Source of the DNA: Mytilus trossulus | Lineage: Eukaryota | Reading direction: 5' to 3' | Length of the DNA stretch: 64,000 nt | Assembly (NCBI RefSeq): GCF_036588685.1 | Contig: NC_086373.1 | Span: 15,314,001 to 15,378,000, forward strand | Part shown: positions 1-14,500 of the stretch, piece by piece | Position numbering within the stretch: the first letter of the stretch is position 1 | Layout: the number at the start of each line of letters is the position of its first letter | Translations under genes and position numbers: made by a program | Notes under the pieces: generated by a model | What the model was told of the DNA's origin: nothing | The model's database searches: none | What the model saw: the letters and a program-made list of their open reading frames with translations, nothing else

Positions 1-2041
1 TTCAAAAAAATAAGAAAACAATCCTCATTTTGTCTTCAGAAGTAGGCTGTTTTAATAGAGACTTCATAAAAGAAATTGTCAATATCCTCTGATCATTAAA
101 TATAGTTTTATTTTGCATTGCATATATTAAAAACCTTCACATTGTTTATTAAGCCAGGATAATATTTTTGTGGCAAAAAAAAAGCCACTTTTGTTATTTG
201 GTATCTAAATTTTTTGTATTTTTGAAAATGATTCGGACAAAAGAGAGTAAGTTAGGGAGAGAGTGAGAGTGATTTATTTATTAGACAATCTGTGAAGTTC
301 TGTAAAGTCTTATGACTTATTTGCTTGTGTGAGCAAGTCCACTGTGAGGGTGAAAATTGCAATTCAATATTAAATATTGAAGTACAGGATGCCTTGTTAT
401 TTGTATGCAGCCACACAAATCATTACTTCACCAACCCTAAATAATTGATCAAATGATTGGTAGATAAGAAGATGTGATACGGGTGCCAATGAGACAACTC
501 TCCATGATAAAGTCTCAATTTATAAAAGAAAAAAACGTTATTGGTCAAATTAGGTTCTTAAACTCAGAGCCTTGGCTCACACTGAACAGCAAGCTATAAT
601 GGGTCCCAAAAATGACTTGTATAAAAACATTCAAATGGGAAAACCATTGTAAATTGTGGGGATGGCCTGTCTTTGTGATAACATTTGAAAAAGATTTGTG
701 ATTTTGAATTGCTTTAAACATAGTTGTTAGAGTCAACTGTATTGGTCTAATCTATATGAAATTATATAATTTTTATTTTGTGAGCTTGAAGAATTCCATT
801 TTCTTTTTAGAAATTTGCATTAATCTAAAAATGAATTGGGAGCAAAATTGTGGGGAAGGCCTGTCTTTGAGATAACATTAGAAAAAAATTTGGGATTTTG
901 AATTGCTTTCAACATGGCTGTCAAAGTTGTTTGTCTTTTTTCACAAAGCATTTCCCTCGGGTACTACAAGGTGAAAATGTTTTGGAAACTAGATTGATGG
1001 TTGGAAATCCCTTTTGTCTACAAATGATTCTGATTTATTGTTGATCAGAAGGCAAATAGTCATATTGAAACGATATGGATCAACACATTCGTCTTCTGAC
1101 GAAATATGAAACTATGTTCAATTGATTTGAATGTGTTAGAGAAAAAATTTGAAGATATTATTTTGACACATATTGAAACTATTACTGGAAATAACCTCAC
1201 AATATTGACCTTGAACGAGAAGAAAGTTACCATATCTTGGGTTACGCTCACCGTTGTTGGAGGCACATTGATTTAGGTTTGTTTCAAATTGTCTGTTGGC
1301 TCAGGCTAAGCACATCTCTATTGGATCAAATGTTGGTAAATTGATGTGTGTCTTTTCAAGAGTTAGGTTACTCTGATCCCAATATAGTTATCTCTGATTT
1401 CTCATTTTTTGTCTGTTAGAAAAAATTACAAAAAAAATGATTTACATGACATGCTTTAAAGAAGATGTTTAATTAAAATGGGTTTTATTTTAAAAACAAA
1501 TCTATAATATAACATTCAAGACTTTTGCAATTGTAAACAAATATTGGTTTACTTTTTTTTTAAATTGTTATTTGGATGGAGAGTTGTCTCATTGGCACTC
1601 ACACCACATCTTCCTATATCTATTGGTTCACTATCAAACTTTTTATTAGTAGATATTTATTCAATTGGTTGGCTGCCTCTCTGGGCTAACACATAAAATA
1701 TTACAGGTGACCATTACAATATACAAGACATATTTTGATTGTCATTGAGACAAGTTCACAACTATCAACCAAAATTCAAATGAAGTGGATGAAAGCAATT
1801 ATAAACAACTATACAGCCTTCAACATTGAGAAAGTCCTATACCATGAGGTCTGCTTTAGCTATAAAAGACCCTGACGAGAGAAAAAATGAATTGAGAAAA
1901 CTATTCTCTGCCTAAATTATCACAAAACAAATATGATGGATATGAGCCAACGGATTACTGGGATATGCACACAAAAAATTGGGTAGGTGAATCTTGTTTG
2001 AAGGTGCCAAACCTTATTTTGTGATGATGGTGTAACAATAT

Positions 2042-2825
2042 AACTAGAGGCTCTTAAGAGCCTGTGTCGCTCACCTTGGTACGTGTGTATTAAACAAAAG
2101 AAACAGATGGATTCATGACAAAATTGTGTTTTGATGATAGTGATGTGTTTGTAGATCATGCTTGACTGATCATTCTTGCTACTTACAATTTTATCTATCT
2201 GTAATGAACTTGGCCCTTTAGTTACGGAGGAAAACATTTTGTAGAAACTTACCAAAATTTACCAAACTAATGAAAATTGTTAAAAATTGACTATAAAGGG
2301 CAATAACTCCCTATAGGTTCAACTGACCATTTTGGTCATGCTGACTTATTTGTAGACCTTAATTTGCTGAACATTATTGCTGTTTACAGTTTATCTCTAT
2401 CTATAATAGTATTCAAGATAATAACCAAAAACCGGCTTAATTTCTTTAAAAATTACCAACTGGGGGCAGCAACCCAACAACTAGTTGTCCAATTCATCTG
2501 AAAATTTCAGGGCAGATAGACATTTACTAGATAAACAAGTTGACCCCTTTGTAAGATTTGCTTTTAATGCTTTGGTTTCAGAGTTAACAGCCAAAATCTA
2601 CATTTTACCCCTATGTTCTTTTTTTAGCCAATGCCGCCATCTTGGTTTGTTTGGCGGATCACCGGACACAATTTTTAAACTACATACACCAATGATGATT
2701 GTGGCCAAGTTTGGTTAAATTTGGCCCAGTAGTTTCAGAGGAGAAGATTTTTTATAAAAGTTAACGACGACGGACGCCAAGTGATGAGAAAAGCTCACTT
2801 GGTCCTTTGGGCCACGTGAGCTAAA
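2042..2825. mobile_element. Non-autonomous Helentron-type element (HINE)
   Basis: One end has aactagaggctc-ttaa-gagcct and gctcacc; the other has a gacg microsatellite and the terminal hairpin gctcacttggtcc-ttt-gggccacgtgagc. Confidence 0.7.
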
Positions 2826-3439
2826 TATAAGTTGAAGGGGTTTTAATACTCATCAGATACAACATCTAACAAAAAGACTAAACTTGGGTCTTCATCTTTC
2901 AACAGACAAAAAACAGGTTTGGGCCGGAATAGTTACTGACAGCAAGTTCAAAGCCAATAAACTAATGAAAAAATTATGTATCTTTTAATATAAGACTAAC
3001 ATATAAAATTAGAAGGAATTCTATCTGTATATTATCCCAGGACTAAGTGCGTGTGTGTAATACAACGGACTTGCTGGAAAATAAGAAGTATAATCTATAC
3101 CTTATTTACCAAAGTTCACCTCTAAAAGAATGTGCGCAAATGTAATCAAAAGCTGTGCACAAGCGTGATGATTTATTTCACGAAAACGTATAATGGTAAT
3201 GAGCGCAAGTGCTAAAAAGTATAATGGTAATGAGAGCAAGTGCAATGCACCGGTTTCTCGGTAAACGAAACTTTTATGGATGGAACAATTAAATTCTGAC
3301 GAAAATTCTGACATTAGCTTCCTTGTCAGAGAGTTAACACTGGAAATTATGTTCCTCTTATGGTTATTCATCTAAGATTAAAGACTGAATCTTTGTTTTG
3401 AAATCACCTGCTATTCCAGTTGAATTTTAGAAAGCGTCA

Positions 3440-4530
3440 TGGTTGTTTAAAGGATAATACTCCCATCAACTCTCTTGTAGGGTTGTCATTTTCACCTGAT
3501 GAAAGCATGATGGGAAAGGATGACGTTTTTATGTTTTGTGTTCTCTTGCTTAGAAGTCTTGTATCCACTTGAGGTCTGTTTGATGCCTTTCAAGCAATAC
3601 ATATTGTATTCTCTTGCTTTAAATAGAAAGTTTTGCATCCAATTTAGGGTTATACTTCTTGTACTTCATAAGTTTTCAAATGAGGAATCTCCTATGGGGC
3701 AGTTTGTCAAAGCTTTAGGGAAATCTAGTCTGTTCTCCTTGCTTTTAATTCTTGCCAATTTTATCTAGGATTATAACGAGTTGTGTTTCGCAGGATCTGT
3801 TTGCTCTGAACCCGTATTGATGGTCACATATGATTTTGTGATGGTCAAAGTGATCCATAATGTTGATATGATAAATATATGCTATTGGAAGTCAATGACT
3901 GGTCGGTAGTTTGAAGCTTTGTGTTTTTCACTTTTGTGAAGACTGGTACAATGTTGGCAGCTCCGACACACAGGTACTTGTCTCAGAAAAAAAAAATTCC
4001 TTAAATAATACCTTAATGAGCAACCCTGGATTCTTTCTGTAGCTTTGCCTTGAGGAATTTTGCAACATCTCCAATCTTAAGGGTTTTCAGCTCTTTTAGT
4101 TTTTGTGTATACTCACTGTATGCTGTTGCTAATTTGTTCATCCAAGGATGACTGTTTCTCTCCTTTGTCTGTTTTGTAAGTATATATGTGGTCATTACAT
4201 TGTTGATGATGTTTTTGAAATTATTTTTACAGTGTGTTGATGTCACTGGACTTGGTGGTTTGAAATTCAGTGCCAATTATCAGCAAGACTTTTCTTAATT
4301 CCATCCATATCGGCATTTTTTTCAGAGATTGTTGGTTCTACTGTACGGTTTTGCTGCTATGTCTACTCTAATAGTACGATGTCGTGGTCGCTGTTAGTAG
4401 TCGGTTTACCACCAATTGTTGGACGCTTATGTCTGCAGTCATCCTAATGAAATCTAGATTGACCGGGCTAGTGACTTGATTGCTGTGTGCATATATCATA
4501 TGTTGTCCAATCGATGTCTGGGGGGTTAAA
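3440..4530 (-). mobile_element. Decayed non-LTR retrotransposon (LINE): APE endonuclease end plus RT fragment
   Basis: Minus-strand pieces SDHDIVLL (4392-4369), HPWMN, ANIVPVF..HKASNYRPV, CDHQYGFRANRSCETQLVI, and LDFPKA (LDFSKAFD-like); frameshifts and stop codons. Confidence 0.85.
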
Positions 4531-4538
4531 CTCACCTC

Positions 4539-5215
4539 CTATTTTGATATATTTTGAAACGTATGTTTGTTATCAAGATTACCTACTAGTTCATTTATAA
4601 AATAGTTAAAAAGAAGGGACTCACAATACGTCACTTTGTTTAACACCCCTTTCTGATAGGAATGGAGGACTTGAAACCCATTGGATAATTTTATTCTACA
4701 TACTGTATCAGTATACATTGAATAAATAACATTAAACATTTTTTGGGGGATATTATGTTTTATGAGTTTAGAAAATAAACCTAGTCGCCATACAGTATCA
4801 AATGCCTTTTTTAAGTCTATGAAGGCAGCAAAAACTTTTTTTCTTTTTTTGTCTATATTGATCAGTTATGGTCTTAAGAGTGAATATGTGGACAGCTGTA
4901 CGACTTTTCTCTTTAAAACCTATTTGATTTTTACTTATTAAATTTTTGATATCCATAAATTTTACTAAACGTTTATATAAAACTTTAAAAAGTTTACCCA
5001 GGTTGGAACTAATAGATATACCTCTATAGTTCCCTGGATCAAATTTGTCCCCTTTCTTATGCAAGAGAACAAGTAATCTTTCATTCCATATTGTCGGAAA
5101 TTGACCAGATTCGAATATGCTATTAAAGAGTTTATATGAAGTGGTTTTATTAAAATAGGGATTGCATTTTTCAACATATGATCACACATGTCACTGATTC
5201 AAGAGTCTGAGACCT
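4539..5215 (-). mobile_element. Second decayed LINE RT fragment (different family)
   Basis: HKKGDKFDPGNYRGISISSNLGKLF, QIGFKEKSRTAVHIFTLKTI, LKKAFDTVWR, GVKQ..SLLFNYFINEL; frameshifted. Confidence 0.9.
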
Positions 5216-5580
5216 AACTTTATGACTACGATTAGCAGTTTTATTGGACAGTATAAGACATAAAAAAGAAAACAATTAGCTAGTATACACGGAAAGTCAA
5301 GTAGTCATAACGATGTCTAACTTACATCTATGATCAACATGAATCTATTGTCAAACTATCAATTGATGAACTTTTACAAAATATCGCAGTGGGACTGGAA
5401 ATATATATCTCTATTTTATCTATTGGTCCCATTAATACTAATTAGAGTTAAAGGTGTTGAAACCAGAGGCAAAGTTAACATTTTCAAAATATATTTTCAC
5501 TTCATTAAATAAATCATAACTTTCACGGAATTACATGTTTATCCGATCGTGGTTTTGTTTTTACACATTCAACATGTGTT

Positions 5581-5590
5581 TCCGGAAATT
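5581..5590 (+). promoter_or_regulatory. ETS-type CCGGAA motif just upstream of the WDR18 start codon
   Basis: tccggaaat, with CCGGAA at 5582-5587, 8 nt before the ATG at 5596. Common in housekeeping promoters; motif match only. Confidence 0.3.
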
Positions 5591-5595
5591 TAGAA

Positions 5596-8500
5596 ATGTC
5601 AACAATGCAAGAAGTAGATAATTATTTTGTTTTAATACACATAGATCTTTATATTAAGACACTAATATGGATTTCACAACATGAAATCACTCCCTTATAT
5701 GCAACAGGTTTTATTTGTATAAGATGTCGATGTCCGCATTAGTAGCTATTCCAAATTTATAAGTTTTATCTGAGACTACTATTATAACTTATCACTATCA
5801 GTATAACACAGTTTATACAGTAGTCTTAGGTTTTACTTATACTGTTATATAAGTTATATAGATATATAATATAAGACGATGTGGTATTAGTGAAATCTTT
5901 ATTTTATTCAAAATGACTGCAAATAAGTTATCACTATAAATAGGGCCACCCATTATTGGCATATTAAAAAGTATTTGAAATTGAATGTATGGTATGATGA
6001 GCATGATGAGTTATATCTGAATTTAAAATAAGATTGATACACTAAATATTTTGACACTTTATTCTGTTTAAAAGTGTTGTTTAGACCTTTTGAGCATACC
6101 TGCCAACTTTTTAAAATGCACAAGGGTGGTTTTACATGCAAGATGGCTCTTACAATCCTAAAAAATCTTCAAGGGGGCCTTCAAATGTGTCTTAATGTAT
6201 TTTTAAAGGCTTCATACTTTTTTTAAGCCTATAGCCATTGTAAAATTAACTGTTTTATTTAAAATTGTGGACAAAATTACCTAGCTTCCATCGGGAAAAT
6301 CCTCTACAAATAGTGACAGTTGGCAGACCTGTATGTTTGAGTCTGAAATAATGATTATAGTAACTTATGTTTTAAAAGAGAATATGAGTGTAAGGTGCCT
6401 GAATGAAAAGAAAAAAAAAGATGAAACAATGCAAAAGATAACACAAACTGTCTAATGAATATTACAACAAGGTATCTGGTCTTTCCGTTTCAATGTCATT
6501 CCTGGCCCCATAATAAATGACAGTCAAACAAAGTCTATTGAACCAAAGTTGAAAAATCTTCAATCACATTCAACAGATAACAACATAACATTATATTGAA
6601 CCAGCTGGCTTGTCTAATAGATAAAAAACCTTTAAATTTGCACAGATACATTTGTAATTGACAGTATTTTTGATCATGGTCATGATGGTAGCAGGACTAG
6701 CACTCTTCAATATTTAATTTCAATATTTTATTTTTTACCACAAATGACAATTCTGTTTATCAAGGTATTGGTAACAAGTGATGCAGCGGGACAACAGTGG
6801 AATTCCAGTATATGGGACCCAGTGGCAGGAACCAGCTTGTTGACATTTAAAGGCAGTACATCTGCTCCACATACACTATCTATACTTAGCAATGAATATA
6901 TCCTCGGTGCTTTACCAACAAAGTCTGTCATTCAAGTCTGGTCTCTTCAGAAAACAGTAAGATTTTATACTAAGCACATATTAGTTTTTGTTATGGTTAT
7001 GAATATTAGCTTTAAAAAAATACCTGGCAGTAATTTGATAGTTGCCAATTTTAGACTTGGTATACAACAAATCGATTAAAAGTTCAATAGATTTCTTCAT
7101 TTTCTTGAGTAATTTGTCCATGTACACAATTTTAATTAATGTTGTCACTCAGTTCTATGGATATATAGGGAATAACACTGTTGACACTATTTTTTTTTAT
7201 ACACATGTAAGTATTAACAAAAAAATAAAATATATGCAAGACATTTCCCAACATTGAAGCACTTTATAAATTTACTATTCAAACTTAATTTAAAACAAAA
7301 ATGTTATCTTCATCAAAATGGCGATCCTTGACATGCTTGATGAAATCAAATGTTAATTTTGGTACAGGAATTTTAGTGAGGCAAGTTATTGCTACATTTT
7401 GTATGTCTCAAGTTAGCTCCCTGGATGACAAATAGAAGAAAAATAACAGTTCTTTGTCAGTTTGTCACAGATTTGTGTTTACTTGTTTGACAGAATGTTT
7501 TAGATATCCATCCACTATTTACAGGACAACACACAAATGCAGATTGTATGTCCTGGTAGAGTAACCTCCCTTACAACAACACCAGATGGAAATTATTGTA
7601 TCGCTGCAGTGTCAGAAAACATTCACATTTGGCAGGTATCTATATTTCTAATTTTAGAAGAATTTTTGTAATTCATCATGAATAATAAATACAATGAAGA
7701 AAATTATGAATTTACAATATTTATAGAGTTTTAAAGAAAACAAAAATAAACCCAAAATTCAATTTTCAAACTACTTTATAATGAATTTGATAAGTCTGAT
7801 TAATAATTGTGGGTTAAACTGGCATATTATTTTATGTTTGTAGGTGTGTACAGGACATTTATTGACAGTGCTGAGTCGTCATTATCAACAAATTAAATGT
7901 ATTAAATGTACAGATGATGGAACCTGTTTTGTCACTGCTGGTGATGATAATTTAGTGATAGCTTGGAATTTGGCAAAGTATGAACATTGATTTTAAAAAA
8001 TGAATTTTAAATTGTTACACCAAGGTCCTGGTGATGACAATTTAAGCATAGCTTAGATTTTGGCAAAGTATAAATTAAATAAAGGAATTTTGCATATCTT
8101 CACAAATGTTTAGAATGAAATTCCTGAATAATTTAAAGACTGAGACAGAAATGGCAAAAAGTTGAGCAACAAAGTAGTCAGTTATGAGAATATGATGCAA
8201 TTTTTATTTCAATAAATGTAAATCTCCTGTTTCAGCCACATATAGGCTTATGAAATGGTTTGACACTAAATACTCAGGTTTACAAATATTGCACTAATTT
8301 TCATAAGCTGTAGAAACGTTCCAGTGCAGAGTATATGAAAAAAAGTATAATTTATTTTAAAAAAAACAATAGTGTGAGAAAATATTCTTTGACCTCTTTT
8401 GTTTATGTTCTTTCTAACATAATCTGCTATAATTAATGAAGCTTCATTGCTTAGTTAAGAATTTTTTTTTTTAAAGATTATTTAGATTACTGACGCCTAA

Positions 8501-11500
8501 GCTATGTGAGCCTTCTGAAATATTTGTAAATAATATGATTTGTTTCAGAGTTTTAGCTGACTGTGGTAATCCTAGTCATCAAGTTGAACCAGACCATGTG
8601 TGGTCCCACCATTCACTTCCTGTCACAGACCTATTTATAGGATCAGGTGGAAACCGAGCTAGAGTTGTGTCATCTTCTCTGGACCAAGCTTGCAAGGTAG
8701 TTTTATAGAGGCAGTATAAATGATGTTAAAAAAACATTTGAGATATATTGATAGTTGCTTTATATCCAGTGGCAAATTCTGCATGCATGTTCTGGATTAT
8801 TGCCATTGAATAGAACAAATAACAACTACAAGAAAAAGCTATATAAAGCTATAATGGCATTGATAATGTAATTGCACTGGCAAACTATCAGTAAGAATGT
8901 GGTAACAATGCAAAATCTTTTGATATATGATTAATGAGACAAATATTTTTTTGGTTTATTGGTTTGCTTAAAAGCCTTTTGAATACACCTTATTGCTAAT
9001 TCCGGCTGACACGGCCACTTGAACATTTGACGCATTCAACAATCAAATTTCCATTATGGCGTCAGACATTTTGTTTTATGATGTCAAACTTTTACAGGAA
9101 CCTGTGTGATATCCAGTAATGGTGGACAAATAGCGATAAGGTGTATAAGAACAGTAACAAAGTTACATATCTGGTATGACAGTCAGTTGACTGCATTATG
9201 TATTATATGCAGGTTTCACTGTAGTATTGCATATTGTACTTGACATTAATCTCTTTGTTTGCACAGATGTATGACCTTGTCAGTGGTGACCTTCTTTGTA
9301 ACCTTGTATTTGATGTCAGTATCACATCTGTTACCATGGATTCAGCAGAATATCGTTTGTTTGCAGGTGGAAGCAACGGAGTCATTCACTGTATTGAGAT
9401 GTTTGAAATGGTAATAATTTTGAATCGAATATAAAAAATGTTATGTCAAACAAGTGGCAAACTTGTTTGTATTCCCCCTAACTTTATTTTGGAGAACATA
9501 TTGTTTTACCCCTGTCTGTTAGTCCTTCCTTCAGTTTTACCATCAACATAGGGTAAATGGGTTTGTACAGCTAATTATTCATTCACTTTTCCAAGCTATA
9601 ACTTTTACATTATGCAGAATGCTAGTAAATATACTATAGGTGTGCATATTATCAGGATCTTGATTTTCTTTTAATTTACACAAATAACATGATGTTGAAC
9701 TAAATGCTGAATAGAAAAGAAATGTGACTTCAAATACTACAAATTCCTATTTTGAAAGCATATAGAAAAAAACTAAACAATTGATGAAACTATACTAGAT
9801 TTAAATACCAAGCCTTTACAAAGAAAAATTATACAAGACATGTTAACTGCATGATGAAATTTAAATTAAATGATGTTTACCTATTTATTTTTGTCTAAAA
9901 GCCAGTTCAAAAAGAAAGACACATAGAAAAAGATTCAGAAGACATTACCTGTTTTGAAGGTCATAAGTAAGTGAATGTTAATTTAATTCTTTATTTATTT
10001 AAAGAGGATGCCAACAGCCAGAGGCTACATGTGGGTCTCCTCGTGAACGGTACTTACTAGTGTCAAAACTACTTGTAAATGTCGAGTTAAGGGTAGACTT
10101 GAACTACTGCAAAATAATATTTGTGTACTGCATCCTATTTTTAAGGTTAATTTGCATGAAATAGTGGATTTAGGATTTGACACTTTACATGTCACTCTCT
10201 GCCACCTTGTATATCCTGCCACTATGTGTAGCAATTGGCCACTTCATATAATGGAAGTTTACATTGCTTGTATTTACAGATCTGTTTTAATCTATATTGA
10301 CATTTACTACCTAGCATTATAAATAAACAGATTTGCAGGAGACAAAATAATTATTTTTTGTATGAAAAAAATTAGAGGTATTTTATGTTTGCCAATTTGC
10401 AATACCATCCTATTGTGTCTCCTGAAGATGATAGAAATTACATTTTGTATTTAAAACAAGTGTCTTGTTTATTAATATGACTCATGCTAATTTTATTTTT
10501 CCTTCTCTCCACAGAAAACAAGTGACGTGTTTGTGTGTGTCTATTAATGGTAATAAATTGATATCAGGTTCTGATGATTGTAATGTCAAAATCTGGGATG
10601 TTTTCAGTGGACAGTGTACAAAAACTTTAGATCATAAAGGTAAAGTTGAATAGTTGTACATAATATGGATCATATGAAAGATAAAACTATTTGTGTAATA
10701 AAATCTCTGACAAATAAGAAAAAAGAAGATAGGATGTAAAATCTCTAGACTGTACATGCAAGAGGAGACAAGGATTGACCAATTGGGGTCACAGTACTTG
10801 TTTTCATGCTACATACTAGGAAGTACATAACAACATAGTTAATTTACTGTACATTGTTTTATAGAGTAAAATTATCTGATTTATCTCCCCTGATATAACA
10901 AGTTTAAAAAACTAGTTAAAAGTCTTCAAGAAAATCAAAGAATAAATAATAAATAGTTCTTTTATCAAATGAATTCCGTTTCTGCATCTAATTTACTAAT
11001 TTCAGTAAAAAAAACTGATTTTTTTTTATATTATAGCCATATGTAATCAAAGATTAGTTTATGCCCCTGATGAACCAAATTGACTAATACTAAAACATGT
11101 ATCAAACCATCTATTTCAGGAATGTTAACAAATGTTTTTTTGATACCAACCCCTCCAGCACTGCTAGATTTAAACACTCCAAGAAATTGTATCATCAAAC
11201 CATTTCAGCGCCATCTGTACATACCTGGAGAACAAACTGATGAATCGGATGGCACTGTTACTATGATGTTTAATCATGCAGAAAAGGTACTAGTTAATAT
11301 TATTAATGCAAATGAAGCTGAAGTCACTAAACACTTTGTTTTCTTCCATTCTTCTGATGAACTATCAAGCTTACTTTTTGTTTATTTGTCTGTTTGTTCA
11401 TCCAGTGTTGATTCATTAATTTAAGTGACTATCGCTTTTTGTAGATTGCGGAAAAGTTATATGTTTTTGGTGGACATTTGATTTAGTGGAATTGCAAAAG

Positions 11501-14500
11501 TCTGTTTAGGGTTAACTTTGTGAAATGAATTTCAAAAGTCTGTTTAGTGTGTATTTTTGGAAACAATTTGCAAAAGTCTGTTTAGTGTGTACTTTGTTAA
11601 AAATTCAAACTTGTGGTTTATCTTTATCCACAAAACTCATTTAAATTGGTATCCATTGAATAAAAATGAATTCACAGTATCCTGAATGATAAGTATTTTA
11701 TTGCTGGTGTTCTGTTCTTCAAAGGGAGGCCTACTGGTTTACCTTGGCCTATAAATCTGTCTGTCAGCTCATCTCTGTGTCCACCTGTTCAAACTCTTGT
11801 CTGTCATATTTTTCTCAGAAACTTCAAGTCAAAGATTTCATTGTTTTTCATAAATGGCACCATTCTTCACAGTAATAGGTGATACCCATGACATGGTCTC
11901 AGTTCCTTGGCCATACTTTTTCTTTTTTGCCAAAAACATCTTTGAAACTTCATACACATATGAAATTTCTTCTGATTTTTATCTGACAGCCATGCCAAGT
12001 GATGGATACTTGATGTACAGCACAACTCATATTCATCTGCAAGCTTATGGCATACACTGTGACACATTTTCCCCATGCGGCTAGCCCGCTATCATGTCGA
12101 CCACGTCCCTTCTCAGCCGCAAGTAGCCTGATGAATTTTTTTTTTTTTTTTTTTTTCCCCCATGCGGCTAGCCCGCTATCAGGTCGACCACGTACCTTCT
12201 CAGCCGCGGGTAGCCCAATGAATTTTTTTTTTTTTTTTTTTTTTTCAAATGTCGAAAATTCCTTCCGGGCCAGAACGGCACACATGTTAGGGGTCTGATG
12301 GGTAGTGGGGATCGTCGGATCGAGGGGCGACCTTACCTGCCCATGCTGTGCCGTCTTTTAAAATTTAATTTTTTTTTTGAAATCTTGGAATCCCCAGACG
12401 TCGTGTGCAACTTCATATCATGGGAGCAGTGAAGACCCGATCTTCGCTGCCGGGATAGACGCGATAGTAAAGGAAGGTGAGAGGCATGCACTTGCCGGTC
12501 CCATCTCTCATCCATTCCACGGTTCCCAAACCAGTTGGTAAAGGCGACATAGTGGCTGCACGACCCTACGCCTCCGGCTACGGTCACTATGGCAGTCCGG
12601 GTACGATACACGAATGGGTCCAGAGACGCAGGCAAAAATCAGTCGCACGGTACTAGCGTTGGTATCATCGCATCTGACACGTCTCGCAAAGGTCGCCCCG
12701 GTCTCAACCAGGAAACGGCAGGCGCACGGAAGAAAGTTGTGTCCGCACATGGCCAGGGGACCGCACTCGTCTCAACCACGGGTGACCCCCCGACCAGTCG
12801 GCACAGGTTACACTGGAAAAACGATATAACCCCAACCACGACGGGACAAACGACGGTGACAGTAAAGCGGACACGGCCAAGGCTGGTGTCGTGGCCGCGA
12901 TCGGGGATGGAAGGGTGAGAAGTGTAGACAGCCATGCCAAGTTATGGATACTTGATGTACAGCACAACTCATATTCATCTGCAAGCTTATGGCATACACT
13001 GTGACACATTTTCGTATACTTTTCTGGGGGCAAAAACTTCTGTTAAATTATGATTACGATTTTTCATCAGATTTAGTCAACAACAAAATAAATAGAAGAA
13101 CAATGATGGTCAATATTTTTCTATTTAGTTACAGAAAACAGTTCCCCCTAGTTTTTTTGGTTATCTGACCTTGAGAGACCATAACAATCTGTAATTTTCA
13201 TCAAATTAATTTAAGTGTTTATAACTGGAATGTTTATGTACCTAAAATGTTAATCATTAATTTGTATGCAAAAGCCGTCTAGCGAACAGATTTACATAAC
13301 AGATTACTCAATGGTCTTGTAATAAATGTGTAAGATTAAATCATTTATGTGGGAGTTGTGTTTTATAGATTATTTGTCTTCATTCAAAGATGGAAAATGG
13401 AGAAAAAAATCTGTTGATGTTGAAAATTGATCTATTTACATAACTATGATAATTATAGGGTGACATTATAGATATTGATTATAGGCAGATAATGTTGGTT
13501 GTCAATTTTTTCATCTGAAACAATTGAATGTCAATTGAAGATAATTGATGTTATCTAGGAGAATAGATAAATATTGCATGAAAGGTGAAGGATTACATAT
13601 TCAAACTGCACTCTTCCATTTAAATTTCCACACAGTTTTAAGAACAATCTCTGGTTGTGTGATGATTTTAAAAAAATTATAATTTTTTGTTCTTTTTCCA
13701 AAAAATGCTTGATAAGTTTTTCTTTGATAAGCTGACTTCAGATTCTGATACACAGAACATTATTTAACACATTTCTAGGATCTATGTTGAGGGGGGATAG
13801 GACCTTTATCGGGACTCCAGGATTGGGTGATCTTAAGCTCGGGATTTCGGGATGGACACTTTTGGGATATGGGAATTTTTTTTCAAATTTCGGGACCTCA
13901 GGATTTCGTTTTTTTTAAGCCCGGGATTTCATGATTTCGGGATCAGTTCCCCTCCTACCCTCCCTCTATGTTGCATCAGATGATAATGTTTTAAATATTA
14001 AATCAATAGGTTTGGAAATCAAAATATTTTTGAGATTTATCTTTAGTTATTATTATTTGTTGAAAATGTGAAAGAATGTCACATGATAATTGACATGTTT
14101 TGTCTAGTCTTAAATATTTAATAAGTAATACAAGTCAATAAATCAAACAAATTCCATTTTGGATGTTACTTAAGGCCATTTTACTTAATAAATATTTCCA
14201 CTGGTTTTTATGACCGAGTTAAATTGATATATTGGAAAGCATTATATAAAAGTCTGCTGTTTTAGTATTTATGAAAATAAATCATGGCTTCTTTGATTTT
14301 AAGCTTAGATGCATGTAATGATCGGAGCCTTTAGCTGTTATTCTTTAATGCAAAGATATATTGATAGAATTGTAAATTGTCTGATATACCCAAGACCATT
14401 ATTACACAGATTACACAAGAAATGTATCCAAAACTGAAAAAGAGTAATCAGTCCTTATTCATGGAGATTGAATGTTATAAATCAAAAGAGAGAGGAAGAG

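Noticed and set aside
5320-5420. Minus-strand GTAAGT donor suggesting a divergent gene sharing the WDR18 promoter
   Set aside because: No supporting coding exons found; the downstream minus-strand ORFs are LINE debris.
11985-12071. Intronic H/ACA snoRNA (hairpin ending ACAttt)
   Set aside because: Pocket-to-ACA spacing is about 10 nt rather than 14-15; no convincing H box or 5' hairpin.
12047-13033. Overlapping ORFs in the GC-rich insert
   Set aside because: Expected from high GC content and homopolymer runs; no recognisable domain.
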